Positions 23,156 to 34,145 of a DNA stretch of 50,482 nucleotides are shown here, one piece after another. Source of the stretch: Octopus bimaculoides (Eukaryota). The stretch is taken from NCBI RefSeq assembly GCF_001194135.2, contig NC_068988.1:87457198-87507679 (forward strand). The letters are read 5' to 3'. The translations under genes and the position numbers were made by a program. How positions within the stretch are numbered: the first letter of the stretch is position 1; the number at the start of each line of letters is the position of its first letter. The notes beneath the pieces were generated by a model. It was given only the letters and a program-made list of their open reading frames with translations, did no database searches and was not told the origin of the DNA.

Positions 23156-24030
23156 AAGTGATTTAAACTAAAACCTTTCATCAAAATTTCATGTTCTGTT
23201 CCAAACACCAGCTTGATTGTGACAAGACTGCTTTACTAAATTCTTCTGTATTTTTAAAATAGATTGTAACAATGGCAGTATATTTCAAAAAGCATCCAGT
23301 CCACACTGTAAAGTGTTTGGCATTTGGAAGGGCCAGCTGTAAAGAAAAAAAAAAAAAAGCCAAAACTGATCTCGCCCATGTTTGTGCCATTGAAAAAGCA
23401 CTCAGTCTACTCTGCTGTTGGAAAGGGCATCCAGTCGTAAAAACCTTGCCAAAACAGACACAGAAGTCTGGTGTAGTCTTCTCCCTGGCCAGTTCCTGTC
23501 AAACCACCCAACCCATGCCAGCATGGAAGGCAAATGTTTAATGATGATGATGATGATGATGATGATGATATAAGGGTGAGTTAGAAAGTAATGCAAATTT
23601 TACTTGCATTACTTTCCAACTCACTCTCATATTTCTATATTCTTTTATCAATACTCAAAGCATTATAATCTATTTGGTTTATAATGATTTGTAGTATATT
23701 GTCTTGTGAAGCTTGACACTCTCTGTCTCAATGTTCAGTTTTGTATTAACAGTTTGAAAGACAAGTGGTTTAGTGAATAGCATTAAAACATTTGTATACA
23801 GCCATTATTTTCTATCCTGAAACTTATCATCATCATTCAATGTCTATTTTCCATGTTGGTATAGGAGAGACAGTTTGACTGGGACTGGTAAGCCGGAGAG
23901 CTGTACCAGACTCCAGACAGATTTGGCTTGGTTACCACAGCTTGATGCCCGTTCTAATGCCAAACTCTCCAAGAGTGTAGTGTGTACCATTTATGACTCA
24001 CTGGCATGAGTGCCTTTTATGGTTGAATCA

Positions 24031-24404
24031 AGGAGTGGCTGTGAAGTGCAGGAATGGCTTGCTTACAAACCACATGGTTCTCGGTTCAGTCTCACTGCAT
24101 GGCACCTTGGGCAAGTGTCTTCTACTATAGCCTCAGGTCAACCAAAGCCTTGTGAGTGGATTTGGTAGATGGAAACTGAAAGAAGCCTGTCATATATAAT
24201 GTTTGTGTGTCTGTGTTTGTCCCCCCCCCCACCATTGCTTGACAACCGATGTTAGTGTTTACATCCCCCCGTAACTTAGCGGTTCAGCAAAAGAGACCAA
24301 TAGAATAAGTACTAGGCTTACGAAGAATAAGTCCTGGGGTTGATTTGTTCGACTAAAGGTGGTGCTCCAGCATGGTCACAGTCAAATGACTGAAACAAAT
24401 AAAA
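24031..24404 (+). mobile_element. tRNA-SINE family A, CpG-decayed copy
   Basis: Follows the consensus with CG>TG/CA changes (tgcAtgg, ctcAgg, gaTgga, ccTgtcAta). Confidence 0.88.
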
Positions 24405-24413
24405 ATATCTATC

Positions 24414-24475
<62 letters not shown>

Positions 24476-25398
24476 GCTGTTCTACATCACAGTTGCTTGT
24501 AGAAATAATTTCATTGTGACAAATTCATAATTTACTCATTAAGATCGATGAATAATGATGCAGTTTTATCTGCTTGCCACAGTAACTTTATCATCATAAT
24601 CATCATCTTTAATGTCCTTTTTTCAATAATTGCATGGGTCAGGCAAAATTCATTGAGGTGGAATTTCTATGGCTGGATGCCCTTCCAGTTGCCAACCCTC
24701 ACATGTTTCCAAGCAACATAATATTTCCCCAAAGTCTGACATGCTTTTCAGAAACAAATGATGTCAAGACAAGTGTACTCTCTGTCTGTCCTCTCTGTGT
24801 CTCTTTCTGTCTGTTTCTCTCTACCACACACTCACAAGGCTTTGGTTGACCACAGGCTATCTTGGAAGACATTTGACCAAGGTGCCATGCAATAGAACTG
24901 AACCTGAAGACAGGCTTCTTTCAGTTTCTCTTTATCGGATCTAGTTTCAGTGCTTTAGTCATCCCAGGGGTATAGTAGCAAACACTTGCCCAGCTTGCTA
25001 TCATCCACAAATAAATCACCTGCTGCTTCACAGATAATTCTCTGGTCACTCAACATTAGCAGAAACCAACCAGCTCCTTCTGATCATCCTTTTTACATAT
25101 GCTTTACAATGCCGGCATGAGTTACATGATGTCTCCCCATATGTCATAATCCCATGTCATCTGATATGCAAAACAGCAGAGAGAACCCCCACTAATCTCT
25201 CTGTAAAGTGTGTCATACTTTGGCATGGTTTTAACAGCTGGATACCTTCCTGACACCTGATTATCTGCAGTTTATTATGCTGTGGTACCAGCACCACAGG
25301 GTGCTGGTACCGCAGGGTGCTGGTACCACAGGGTGCTGGTACCACAGGGTTCGTGTCATTTTGAATCCTTTGCACCCACTAGATGTTGAGTTTTCTCC

Positions 25399-25619
25399 TT
25401 AACCCTATAACATTTCAACCAGTCATATCCAGTCCAAATATGCTACCTGTTTTATGTTCTACCCAGCCTATCACACCTACCCTTCAATGCCATCATAAAA
25501 TATATAATCAAACTTTTGAAGCTACTTCAAAAGCTTGTTATTTTGTAGCATCAAACTTTTGAAGCTACAACATAATGCGTGATTCATTAAAAAGAATTTG
25601 AATGAAAAAGAAGGGTTAA
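25399..25619 (-). mobile_element. TTAA-flanked MITE in reverse orientation
   Basis: ttaaccc...gggttaa ends; the interior is the reverse complement of the 22584 family. Confidence 0.65.
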
Positions 25620-25816
25620 GCATGTGAATTGGAAACTGTCCATTTTCTTCCATTTTTGTCACTTTCCAGTTTTCACATCTGTAGACTCAAAAGGGTTCAT
25701 GTTATAAGAAGGAAGAAAACAGTATATATAAGGGAACAAGAGTCTCTGCAGTGGACGGCATTGGATAATGAAGTTCATTATATAATTTCTTGTTACCTTA
25801 TCATATATAATCTCTC

Positions 25817-25873
<57 letters not shown>

Positions 25874-26446
25874 TGTGTGTAGCTGTTGTAGAAGTCAGTA
25901 GATAAAAACTGAAAGGTGGTAAGTGTGAACATGTGTGTGTGTGTGTGTGTGTGTGTCTCCATGTGTGTGCATTTGTGTTACCTTGTCTTGACATTATTTG
26001 ACAATTGTAAATGAGTATCCCTATCATAAAGCAATGTCCTTCACTGTGTACCCTCCATGGAAACATATGTCTAGTCATAGAGTAATATTACCATGCTTGA
26101 TAACAGGTGAAGGCTGGTAGCAGAAAAGACATCTGACCATAGAAAATTTGCTTCAGTGATTTCTGTTTGACCCTTTCAAGCATGGAAAAGCAGACAATAA
26201 ATAAAACAACAGCAATAGTGAGGAGATGATGATGATGATGAATTTAGCAATGTAGGTAGCTATCATTCATGTGTATGATGGTTTTGATGGTTTGGCAGCA
26301 CATACCATGTTCTTTACTATTGCTTTTATGTTCCTGTGTAGTCTCAAGCAGATGTTGTCTTCCTCTCAGCTTTCTTGCTATTGACCCAGAAGCTCATCTA
26401 GGATAGGGTAAGTGGAAGGAGGCACAACTGCTACCAGCATCTAACT

Positions 26447-26756
26447 CAGTGGTTCTCAACCATTTCTTTATCAACGGACCCCTATGATTACTATTCTGTT
26501 CTGATTGACTTCCGTTGCCATTTGATGTTTCGAAACTAGTTTTATAGATACTTCTTTCAAAACACCCATCGTGTTCATCACGTTTTAACTTGTGTAGGTT
26601 GAACTGAGCAAGACATGTGAGAAAAAACCCTAGCAATAAATACATCTATAGCAACATTGTTTCACAGGCCCTTAAAATAATACTGAGGACCCAATTTACT
26701 ATTTTGTTCATGTAGACCCCCAAAAATCTTATATGGACTCCGATCGAGAACTACTG
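26447..26756 (+). mobile_element. hAT (Charlie-like) MITE 124 bp upstream of GLDC exon 2
   Basis: TIRs CAGTGGTTCTCAACC / gatcGAGAACTACTG. The 8-bp TSD is atctaact (26439-26446) / atctagct (26757-26764). Confidence 0.8.
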
Positions 26757-26880
26757 ATCTAGCTGGTACTCATTTACAGCTGAGCAGACTGAGGCAAGAG
26801 TAAAGATGTAGTACTGTATAGATGCGATCCCTGTGGTGTTGTTGTTTTGTATTCATTTCATTACTATTTATTGTTTGCAG

Positions 26881-26959
26881 GATATGGATTCTTTCATTGG
26901 CAAGACAATGCCTGCATCAATACACTTTAAGGAAGATCTCAAACTTGACAGTCCTTTAG
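26881..26959 (+). CDS. GLDC: GLDC coding exon 2 (79 nt, DMDSFIGKTMPASIHFKEDLKLDSPL+G)
   Basis: Acceptor tttattgtttgcAG ends at 26880 and the donor is G|GTGAGT at 26960. The exon continues exon 1 in frame and resembles [22 protein letters not shown] of vertebrate GLDC. It is absent from the ORF track. Confidence 0.93.
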
Positions 26960-27206
26960 GTGAGTCTATTGTGTTACTGATTTTTAATTATTAAATCATG
27001 TTGTTTTTTTATTAACTCCAAGCCAGTCCTGATCAAAGCAAAAAAAAAAAATTTTTTTAAATCAAAGTGTTCTGGCCATAACCATTCTCACATTTTCTTT
27101 TTTTACTATAAGGTAACACAGACAACATTTACTCAACAAGTTCTTCTCTTTTAAGGCAGTAAGACTTGGTCGGTTGTTGTTTCCAGCAGGCTGAGCAACT
27201 ATCTCT

Positions 27207-27594
27207 TTCTCTTTTACTCTTTTACTTGTTTCAGTCATTTGACTGCGGCCATGCTGGAGCACCGCCTTTAGTCGAGCAAATCGACCCCAGGACTTATTCT
27301 TTGTAAGTCTAGTACTTATTCTATTGGTCTCTTTTGCCGAACCACTAAGTTAAGGGGACGTAAACACACCATCGGTTGTCAATCGATGCTGGGGGGACAA
27401 ACACACACACATATATATATACATATACATACGACAGGCTTCTTTCAGTTTCCGTCTACCAAATCCACTCACAAGGCTTTGGTCGGCCCGACGCTATAGT
27501 AGAAGACACTTGCCCAAGGTGCCACTTAGTGGGACCAAACCCAGAACCATGTGGTTGGTAAGCAAGCTACTTACCACACAGCCACTCCTACGCC
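27207..27594 (-). mobile_element. tRNA-SINE family A, young, about 250 bp downstream of exon 2
   Basis: Nearly colinear with 3491-3892. Confidence 0.92.
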
Positions 27595-27654
27595 TATGTG
27601 GAGATTCAATGAATAATTGTGGTACATTTCCATAATCCATCTACATTAGCTACA

Positions 27655-27871
27655 TGAGGGGGTGCTGAAAAGTTCTTGGCTTTGGGTAAAAGAAAATACA
27701 GGAGGATCAGTTAATTATGATTTTATTCAACATATTCCCCTCTCAGATTCACACACTTATTGCAGCAACCCTTCAGTTTTTTTAAACCCTGTAAAAGAAC
27801 TCAGAAGGTTGGGCCTCCAACCAAGCCTTTCACAACACCCTTAAAGCCAGGAACTTTTCAGCACTCCTTCA
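27655..27871 (+). mobile_element. Mariner-type MITE
   Basis: TIRs tgagggggtgctgaaaagttcttggcttt / aaagccaggaacttttcagcactccttca, followed by TA. A sibling copy lies at 47052. Confidence 0.8.
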
Positions 27872-28288
27872 TAGTTATCTAGTTTGTATTAACCCACAAC
27901 TAATCCTTACTATTACTTAAACTAGCTATCATGTATGTGTGTGTGTGCGCACACGTATGTGTGTAATCATCACCATCATCATTTTAACATCCTTTTTTTC
28001 CATGGATGCATAGAAGAATGGCTGTTAAAATGTCTAAGAAAGTATTTGTTGAAGTAGATTTCCTACAGCCAGATGCCCTTCCTGATTCCATCCCTCACTT
28101 GTTTCCAAGCGAAGTAATATTGTTTCTACATGCCTGCACATGTGGAAAATAAGAAATGAACGACACTGCTTGTATGTTGGTGATACTTGTTTACAACTAT
28201 TACTTGATGTCAAGATGAAGAGGCACACTCACACACATACCTACATATATATATATATTTATATATGTATGTATGTATGTATGTATGT

Positions 28289-28670
28289 GGAGGTGCAATG
28301 GCCCAGTGGTTAGGGCAGCGGACTCGCGGTCGTAGGATCGCAGTTTCGATTCCCAGACCGGGCGTTGTGAGTGTTTATTGAGCAAAAACACCTAAAGCTC
28401 CACGAGGCTCTGGCAGGGGATGGTGACGAACCCTGCTCTACTCTTCCATCACAACTTTCTCTCACTCTTACTTCCTGTTTCTATTGTGCCTGTAATTCAA
28501 AGGGTCAGCCTTGCACAATGTGTCACGCTGAATATCCCCAAGAACTACGTTAAGGGTACACGTGTCTGTGGAGTGCTCAGCCACTTGCACGTTAATTTCA
28601 CGAGCAGGCTGTTCCGTTGATCGGATCAACTGGAACCCTCGACGTCGTAAGCGATGGGGTGCCAACAACA
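28289..28670 (+). mobile_element. tRNA-SINE family C, full length, inserted in (ATGT)n
   Basis: A-box TGGCCCAGTGG, B-box-like GTTTCGATTCC, tail ccaacaac, and (ATGT)n on both flanks. Confidence 0.85.
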
Positions 28671-28859
28671 TGTATGTATGTACTGAGTGTTCAAGCTAAA
28701 TTTGACAGTTTGCATCAAAGGAAAAGGAAACAATATCCCATTCAAAAATAAAGGATTTTTTTTTTTAAATAAAAAAATATCAACCAGATTATGGCTGGAA
28801 GATATCAGTTTACTCAGAGAAGCTGCCCTCAGCTTCCACCACGGCCTCAACACAGCTCT

Positions 28860-29440
28860 TGAACTTTGCACATGCATTCTTCACTCTGTCCCTGAGACAA
28901 TCTTCTGCATCTACTTGATCTGGGTCATCAGTCCAGCCTTGGTATTGTAGGCAAAGTATTTGGAGTCTTTCTCAACCATACCCCACACATAACAATGCAT
29001 GAGATTACAGTCAGGGGAATTAGGAGGCCAGAAATTGGGGTTGAAGTCATAGAAATTCGCCAACAACCACTCATTCCAGATGTATGACAAGGAACTAAAT
29101 CCTGTTACCACACATATGGCCTCTCAGCAGCAACCCTCTCCAACTAGGGTTTGACCACAATCTCCAGCAGCTTCATATAGCCATCTGAATTGACCCTAAG
29201 GCTCTGTTCAAAGATGTAAGGCGGAATTGTGGCACGCCGATGCAATCAGAACACCTGCTGTATCCGTTTCTGTTGGCCACCGTTTTATAGTCTTCATTGC
29301 AGCTGTCCAAGTTGTCTTAAGCCTTTTTGATGTTCACAGAGCATTGATCAGCAGTAATGATGCTGGCATTTTGATACCAAGCATGGATCATCATGATACA
29401 AGTAACTCTTTTCCAATATTCAAATGGCTTCCAATCCTCC
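28860..29440 (-). mobile_element. Internally deleted Tc1/mariner transposase of maT (DD37D)-like type
   Basis: The minus strand reads NASIITADQCSVNIKK...YKTVANRNGYSRCSDCI, joined to PPYIFEQSLRVNSDGY...RPYVW*QD..PCHT...NFWPPNSPDCN...YVWG.VEKD. Confidence 0.78.
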
Positions 29441-29470
29441 ATGTCAGCTAACATTTTCTCAACTACAACT

Positions 29471-30228
29471 TTAACCTTTCAGCATTCAGATTATTCTGTT
29501 AAATATAATGCATATTTCTTCGTAAAAGCACCCACTACACTGTCGGAGTGGTTGGCGTTAGGAAGGGCATCCAGCTGTAGAAACTCTGCCAAATCAGATT
29601 GGAGCCTGGTGTCGCCTCCTGGTCCACCAGTCCTCAGTCAAATCGTCCAACCCATGCTAGCATGGAAAGTGGACGTTAACCGACGACTCACTCTTTAAAG
29701 TTGATCCTGTATCATCTTGTAGCTTTAAGATTTCAAAGCCAGTGCCCCTGGACTGGTTCTTGTGCGGGTGGCACATGAGATGCACCATTTTGAGCGTGGC
29801 CGTTGCCAGTACCGCCTGACTGGCTCCTGTAGGATTTTCGAGCGAGATCGTTGCCAGTGCCCCTGGACTGGCTTGTGCGGGTGGCACATAAAAGACACCA
29901 TTTCGAGCGTGGCCGTTTTCGTGCGGGTGACACGTAAAAGCACCCACTACACTCTCTGAGTGGTTGGCGTTAGGAAGGGCATCCAGCTGTAGAAACTCTG
30001 CCAAATCAGACTGGAGCCTGGTGTTGCCATCCGGTTTCACCAGTCCTCAGTCAAATCGTCCAACCCATGCTAGCATGGAAAGCGGACGTTAAACGATGAT
30101 GATGATGATGATGATGATTTAGAATGACATTGCAGGATAAGTGTGAGAAGCTGAATCTGGCCAGTTTGAAGATAAAACAGGTAGAATATTTGGGCCAGAT
30201 ATGGCTGGTTTAAATGCTAGAGGGTTAA
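29471..30228 (+). mobile_element. TTAA MITE split by two tandem RTE 3' tails (29521-29690 and about 29700-30117)
   Basis: MITE head ttaacctttcagcattc and tail aaatgctagagggttaa enclose two RTE tails; the second ends in (GAT)n. Confidence 0.8.
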
Positions 30229-30336
30229 TCTTTGTACTCTCCAACACTGTTGACTGTTAACCAATACCTCAAGCTGTTCCTGAAAAAAGGAGACGTAAAA
30301 GCAATCATAAAATGTAGCACAAAGACCCTGTATGTA

Positions 30337-30374
<38 letters not shown>

Positions 30375-30544
30375 TGTGCGTGCATATGTGTAATGGGCTT
30401 CTTTCAATTTCTGTTGACTAAATCCACTCGCAAGGCTTTAGTTGGCCCAGTGCTATTGCAGAAGACACTTAAGGTCCTGTACTGTGGAACTGAACCTGAA
30501 ACTGTGTGGTTGGAAAGCAAATGTCTTAACCACATGACTATACC

Positions 30545-30838
30545 CATGCATGCACACACACACACATGCACACACACACATGCACACACACACATGCACA
30601 CACACATGCACACACACACACATGCACACACACACACATGCACACACACACATNNNNNNNNNNNNNNNNNNNNNNNNNNNNNNNNNNNNNNNNNNNNNNN
30701 NNNNNNNNNNNNNNNNNNNNNNNNNACATGCACACACACACACATGCACACACACATGCACACACACACACATGCACACATACACACACATGCACACATA
30801 CACACACATGCACACACACACACACACATGCACACACA
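30545..30838 (+). repeat. Compound (CA)n-CATG minisatellite spanning a gap
   Basis: Repeating CACACACATG-like units. Confidence 0.9.
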
Positions 30839-31026
30839 TACCCATTTTAATGTCCACTTTTCCCATGCTTGCATGGATTAGTCGAGGTTTACTGAGGCAG
30901 ATTTTCTACAGCCTGATACCCTTCCTGTCACCAACTTTCACCTGTTTCTACAAAAACAGGCATGTTTCCATGCAATATTGCAAATGAATGAAACTCATTT
31001 ACCACTATCACTTGATGTCAAGATAA

Positions 31027-31080
<54 letters not shown>

Positions 31081-31619
31081 GTATGTATGAGATAAGGGTT
31101 GGTGACAGGAAGACCATTTAGGTGTATAATACTGCTACAGCTTATGCCAGCATAGAAAAGCAGATACAAAACAAAGGTACGAATATGTGTATGTGTTGTA
31201 AGGTGAGTGGCATATTTAATTACCTTTGACTTTATGTGAACTCTGTTTAATGAACATATTGTTATCTCCTGAAAAAAGCAGTTTATTAAAATCAGATACA
31301 GACTATGTAATGGGATCTTGGAAGTCTTATATTGCTACAGACACTTAAATATAACCAACATAGAATATTTACAACACAGATGCAAAATTGCAAAAAACTC
31401 TTGTACCTTTCTTTTTTCATTGTTTTTTACTCGTTTCAGCCACTGGACTGTAGTCATTCTGGGCCACTGCCTTGAAGGATTTTACTCAAACAATTCAACC
31501 TCAGTATTTAGATTTTTTTTTTTTTAAGTTTGTTATTTATTCTGTCACAGTCCCTTTTGCCAAACTGCTGTTACAGGGATGTAAACAAACCAACACCAGT
31601 TATTAAGTGGTAATGGGAT

Positions 31620-31667
<48 letters not shown>

Positions 31668-32085
31668 CTTTCTTACAGTTTCCATCTACTAAGTTCCCTC
31701 ACAAGGCCTTGGTTGGTCCTCGGGCTGTAGTAGAAAACACTTGCCCAATGTGCCTAGAATTTGATCATAAACATAATTAATTCTGTCTTCTTCTGAGTGT
31801 CACTTATTGATCTATCGTATATTTTCTTTAACCTTCTAATCCAGCTTGTTTTAACCCCAAGTTCAAACCTGATGAGGACTTACGATCAAAGGTATGCCAA
31901 CCAAGACTGTTTTAGGGATATGTAGGACTGCATTATCTCATATTACCTTTCTGTAAAGTGGTATGATGTGAGCTAAAGGAGACTAAGCTGTTATTTCTAG
32001 CGGGTTGCACAACTGTAAAGGGGGTTTCTTCCTTATTGGCTCTGATCCAGTTAGTATTGGATGGTCTGCTGACATTTGCAACAGA

Positions 32086-32640
32086 CATCAGCTGTGATTA
32101 AAGTGTCACTCAACTGTCAACTATTATTCATGTATCTGTCAAGTGGAATAAAAGCATGTCAGCTAAGATTAATGTCACTCGAGTGTCAGCTAGGATTAAT
32201 GTCACTTGAGTGTCAGCTTGGATTAATGTGTCACTTAAGTATCACCTAAAATTAATGTGTTACTTAAGTATTGGATGGGATTAAAATGTCTCCCAGGTGC
32301 CTGTCAGGATTAAAGTGTTACTCAAGTGTTGGCTGAGACTAATGTGTCACTCCAGTGTCAACTGGAATTAATGTGTCCCTCAAGTGTTAGCTAGGACTAA
32401 AGTGTCCCTCAAGTATCAAGTGGAATTAATGCATTATTCAAGTGTCAGCTAGGATTAAAATATTACTCAAGTGTTACTTAAGACTAATGTATTACTCAAG
32501 TGTTAATCAGGATTAATGTGTCCCTTAAGTGTCCCTCAGGTATCTCCTAAGATTTAATATGTCCCTCAAGTGTCAAATGGGATTAAAGTATTACTCAAGT
32601 GTCAGCTGAGATTAAAGTGTTACTCAAGTACCAGCTGAGT
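32086..32640 (+). repeat. Degenerate 29-bp tandem array, about 19 units
   Basis: Consensus approximately GGATTAATGTGTCACTCAAGTGTCAGCTA. The anchor motif recurs at 32221, 32250, 32279, 32308 and 32337. Confidence 0.85.
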
Positions 32641-32710
32641 TTACTTCTATTCACAGGTCACCAGCTGAGTATATAGACAGCTGGATTGATCGAATACTGA
32701 AGACATTGGA

Positions 32711-32945
32711 GGTTTATTTCCTGGTACAGTTCACTGAGCTGCATGCAGGTACCACACTGTATGATAGAGTTCACTTTATTGTGTCCATCACCAAGACAAC
32801 TACATGTGAGCAGTCCAATCTACTTAACTGTAGGGAGGTGTCATGTTGTGGTAGAGTTCACTGTATTGTGTCAATAACCAGGATACTTTACTATCTACAA
32901 CTCAGTCTACCTAGCTGTAAGTAGGTACCACAGTTTAATCTGGCT
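32711..32945 (-). repeat. About three units of the ~85-bp satellite, reverse orientation
   Basis: The reverse complement contains atggacacaataaagtgaact and tgtggtacctacttacagctaggtagactg, as at 46600-47570. Confidence 0.65.
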
Positions 32946-33559
32946 CACTAGTATAATAGTAATGGTGCTGCTATGCTGGGACACAGCCTTGAAGGGTTTA
33001 GTTAAACAACTTATTGATCCCAGTACTTATTTTTTTAATCTGATACTTATTCTGTTCTGTTGATCTCTTTTGCCAAATCACTAAGTGATGGTGGGGAACA
33101 AACACTCACACACACACACACATCCATATATCATGGACTTCTTTCAGTTTCCATCTGCCAAGTCCACTCACAAGGCTTTGATCAGTTCAATTCTATAGTA
33201 GAGGGTACTTGCCCTAAGGTAGCGCATAGAGGAACTAGACTCTAAACTGTATGGTTGGAGAACTAACTTCTTACCACACAACCATGTTAGTGGTGGCAGT
33301 GTAGATAATAGTAATGGTAGTGGCAGTGGTGATGGCCATTAGGGAGTACTGTTGTGACCTGTCCCTCATAAAATGGGGTGACAGTTTATTGGCTGTAGAA
33401 TTTAAAACAAGGCAGGTTTTCCGAGGCTTTCCTTACAGTTCATGTAATCTATTTAAATCTCGCTCAATACAGTGAAATACTGCCTCAGCTTTTAATTTTT
33501 TTTTTTTTTTTTTTTGGGTTTTCATTTCTCGATTGTTACTTTCTTGAAATTTGAAATCT

Positions 33560-34145
33560 GAAATCGAAATTGAACCGAATCCGACAACTGGCACCCATGC
33601 CAACCTCTCCTTCATTGGACACTAAACTCTGCTTGCGAAGACCTGTTGGGGCAAGTGAAATCGTAATTGAACCATACCCAATGACTGTTACCTACGCCAG
33701 TGGAGCACTAACAGCACTGTCGAGCGTGTTCATTGCCAGAGCAGCTGTCTGGCTTCCATGCTAGTGGCCCGTAAATAGCACCATTTGAGCGTAATCGTTA
33801 CCTACGTTGCCTTCTAGCACTTGTGCTGGTGGCACGTTAGAGAATCATTCGAGCAAGATCATTGCCAGTGCTGCTGGACTGACTCCCGTGCAAGTGGCAC
33901 GTAAAAAACACCATTTTGAGCGTGGCCGTTGCCAGTACCGTGTGACTGGCCCTCGTGCCGGTGGCACGTAAAAGCATCCACTACACTCTCAGAGTGGTTG
34001 GCGTTAGGAAGGGCATCCAGCTGTAGAAACTCTGCCAAATCAGATTGGAGCCTGGTGCAGCCTTCTGGTTCACCAGTCCTCCTTCAAATCGTCCAACCCA
34101 TGCTAGCATGGAAAGCGGATGTTAAACGATGATGATGATGATCAT
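33560..34145 (+). mobile_element. Long RTE 3' UTR with internal ~60-bp tandem units and (GAT)n tail
   Basis: Repeated gtggcacgtaaaa..caccatttgagcg..cgttgccagt units precede the common tail. Confidence 0.8.

Noticed and set aside
28289-28365. tRNA-like sequences (also at 6032, 20208, 41701, 47774)
   Set aside because: They are SINE heads with A/B boxes continuing into repeat bodies, with no complete cloverleaf.
32086-32640. CRISPR-like periodicity
   Set aside because: The units are contiguous and degenerate with no unique spacers, there are no cas genes, and the context is a eukaryotic intron.
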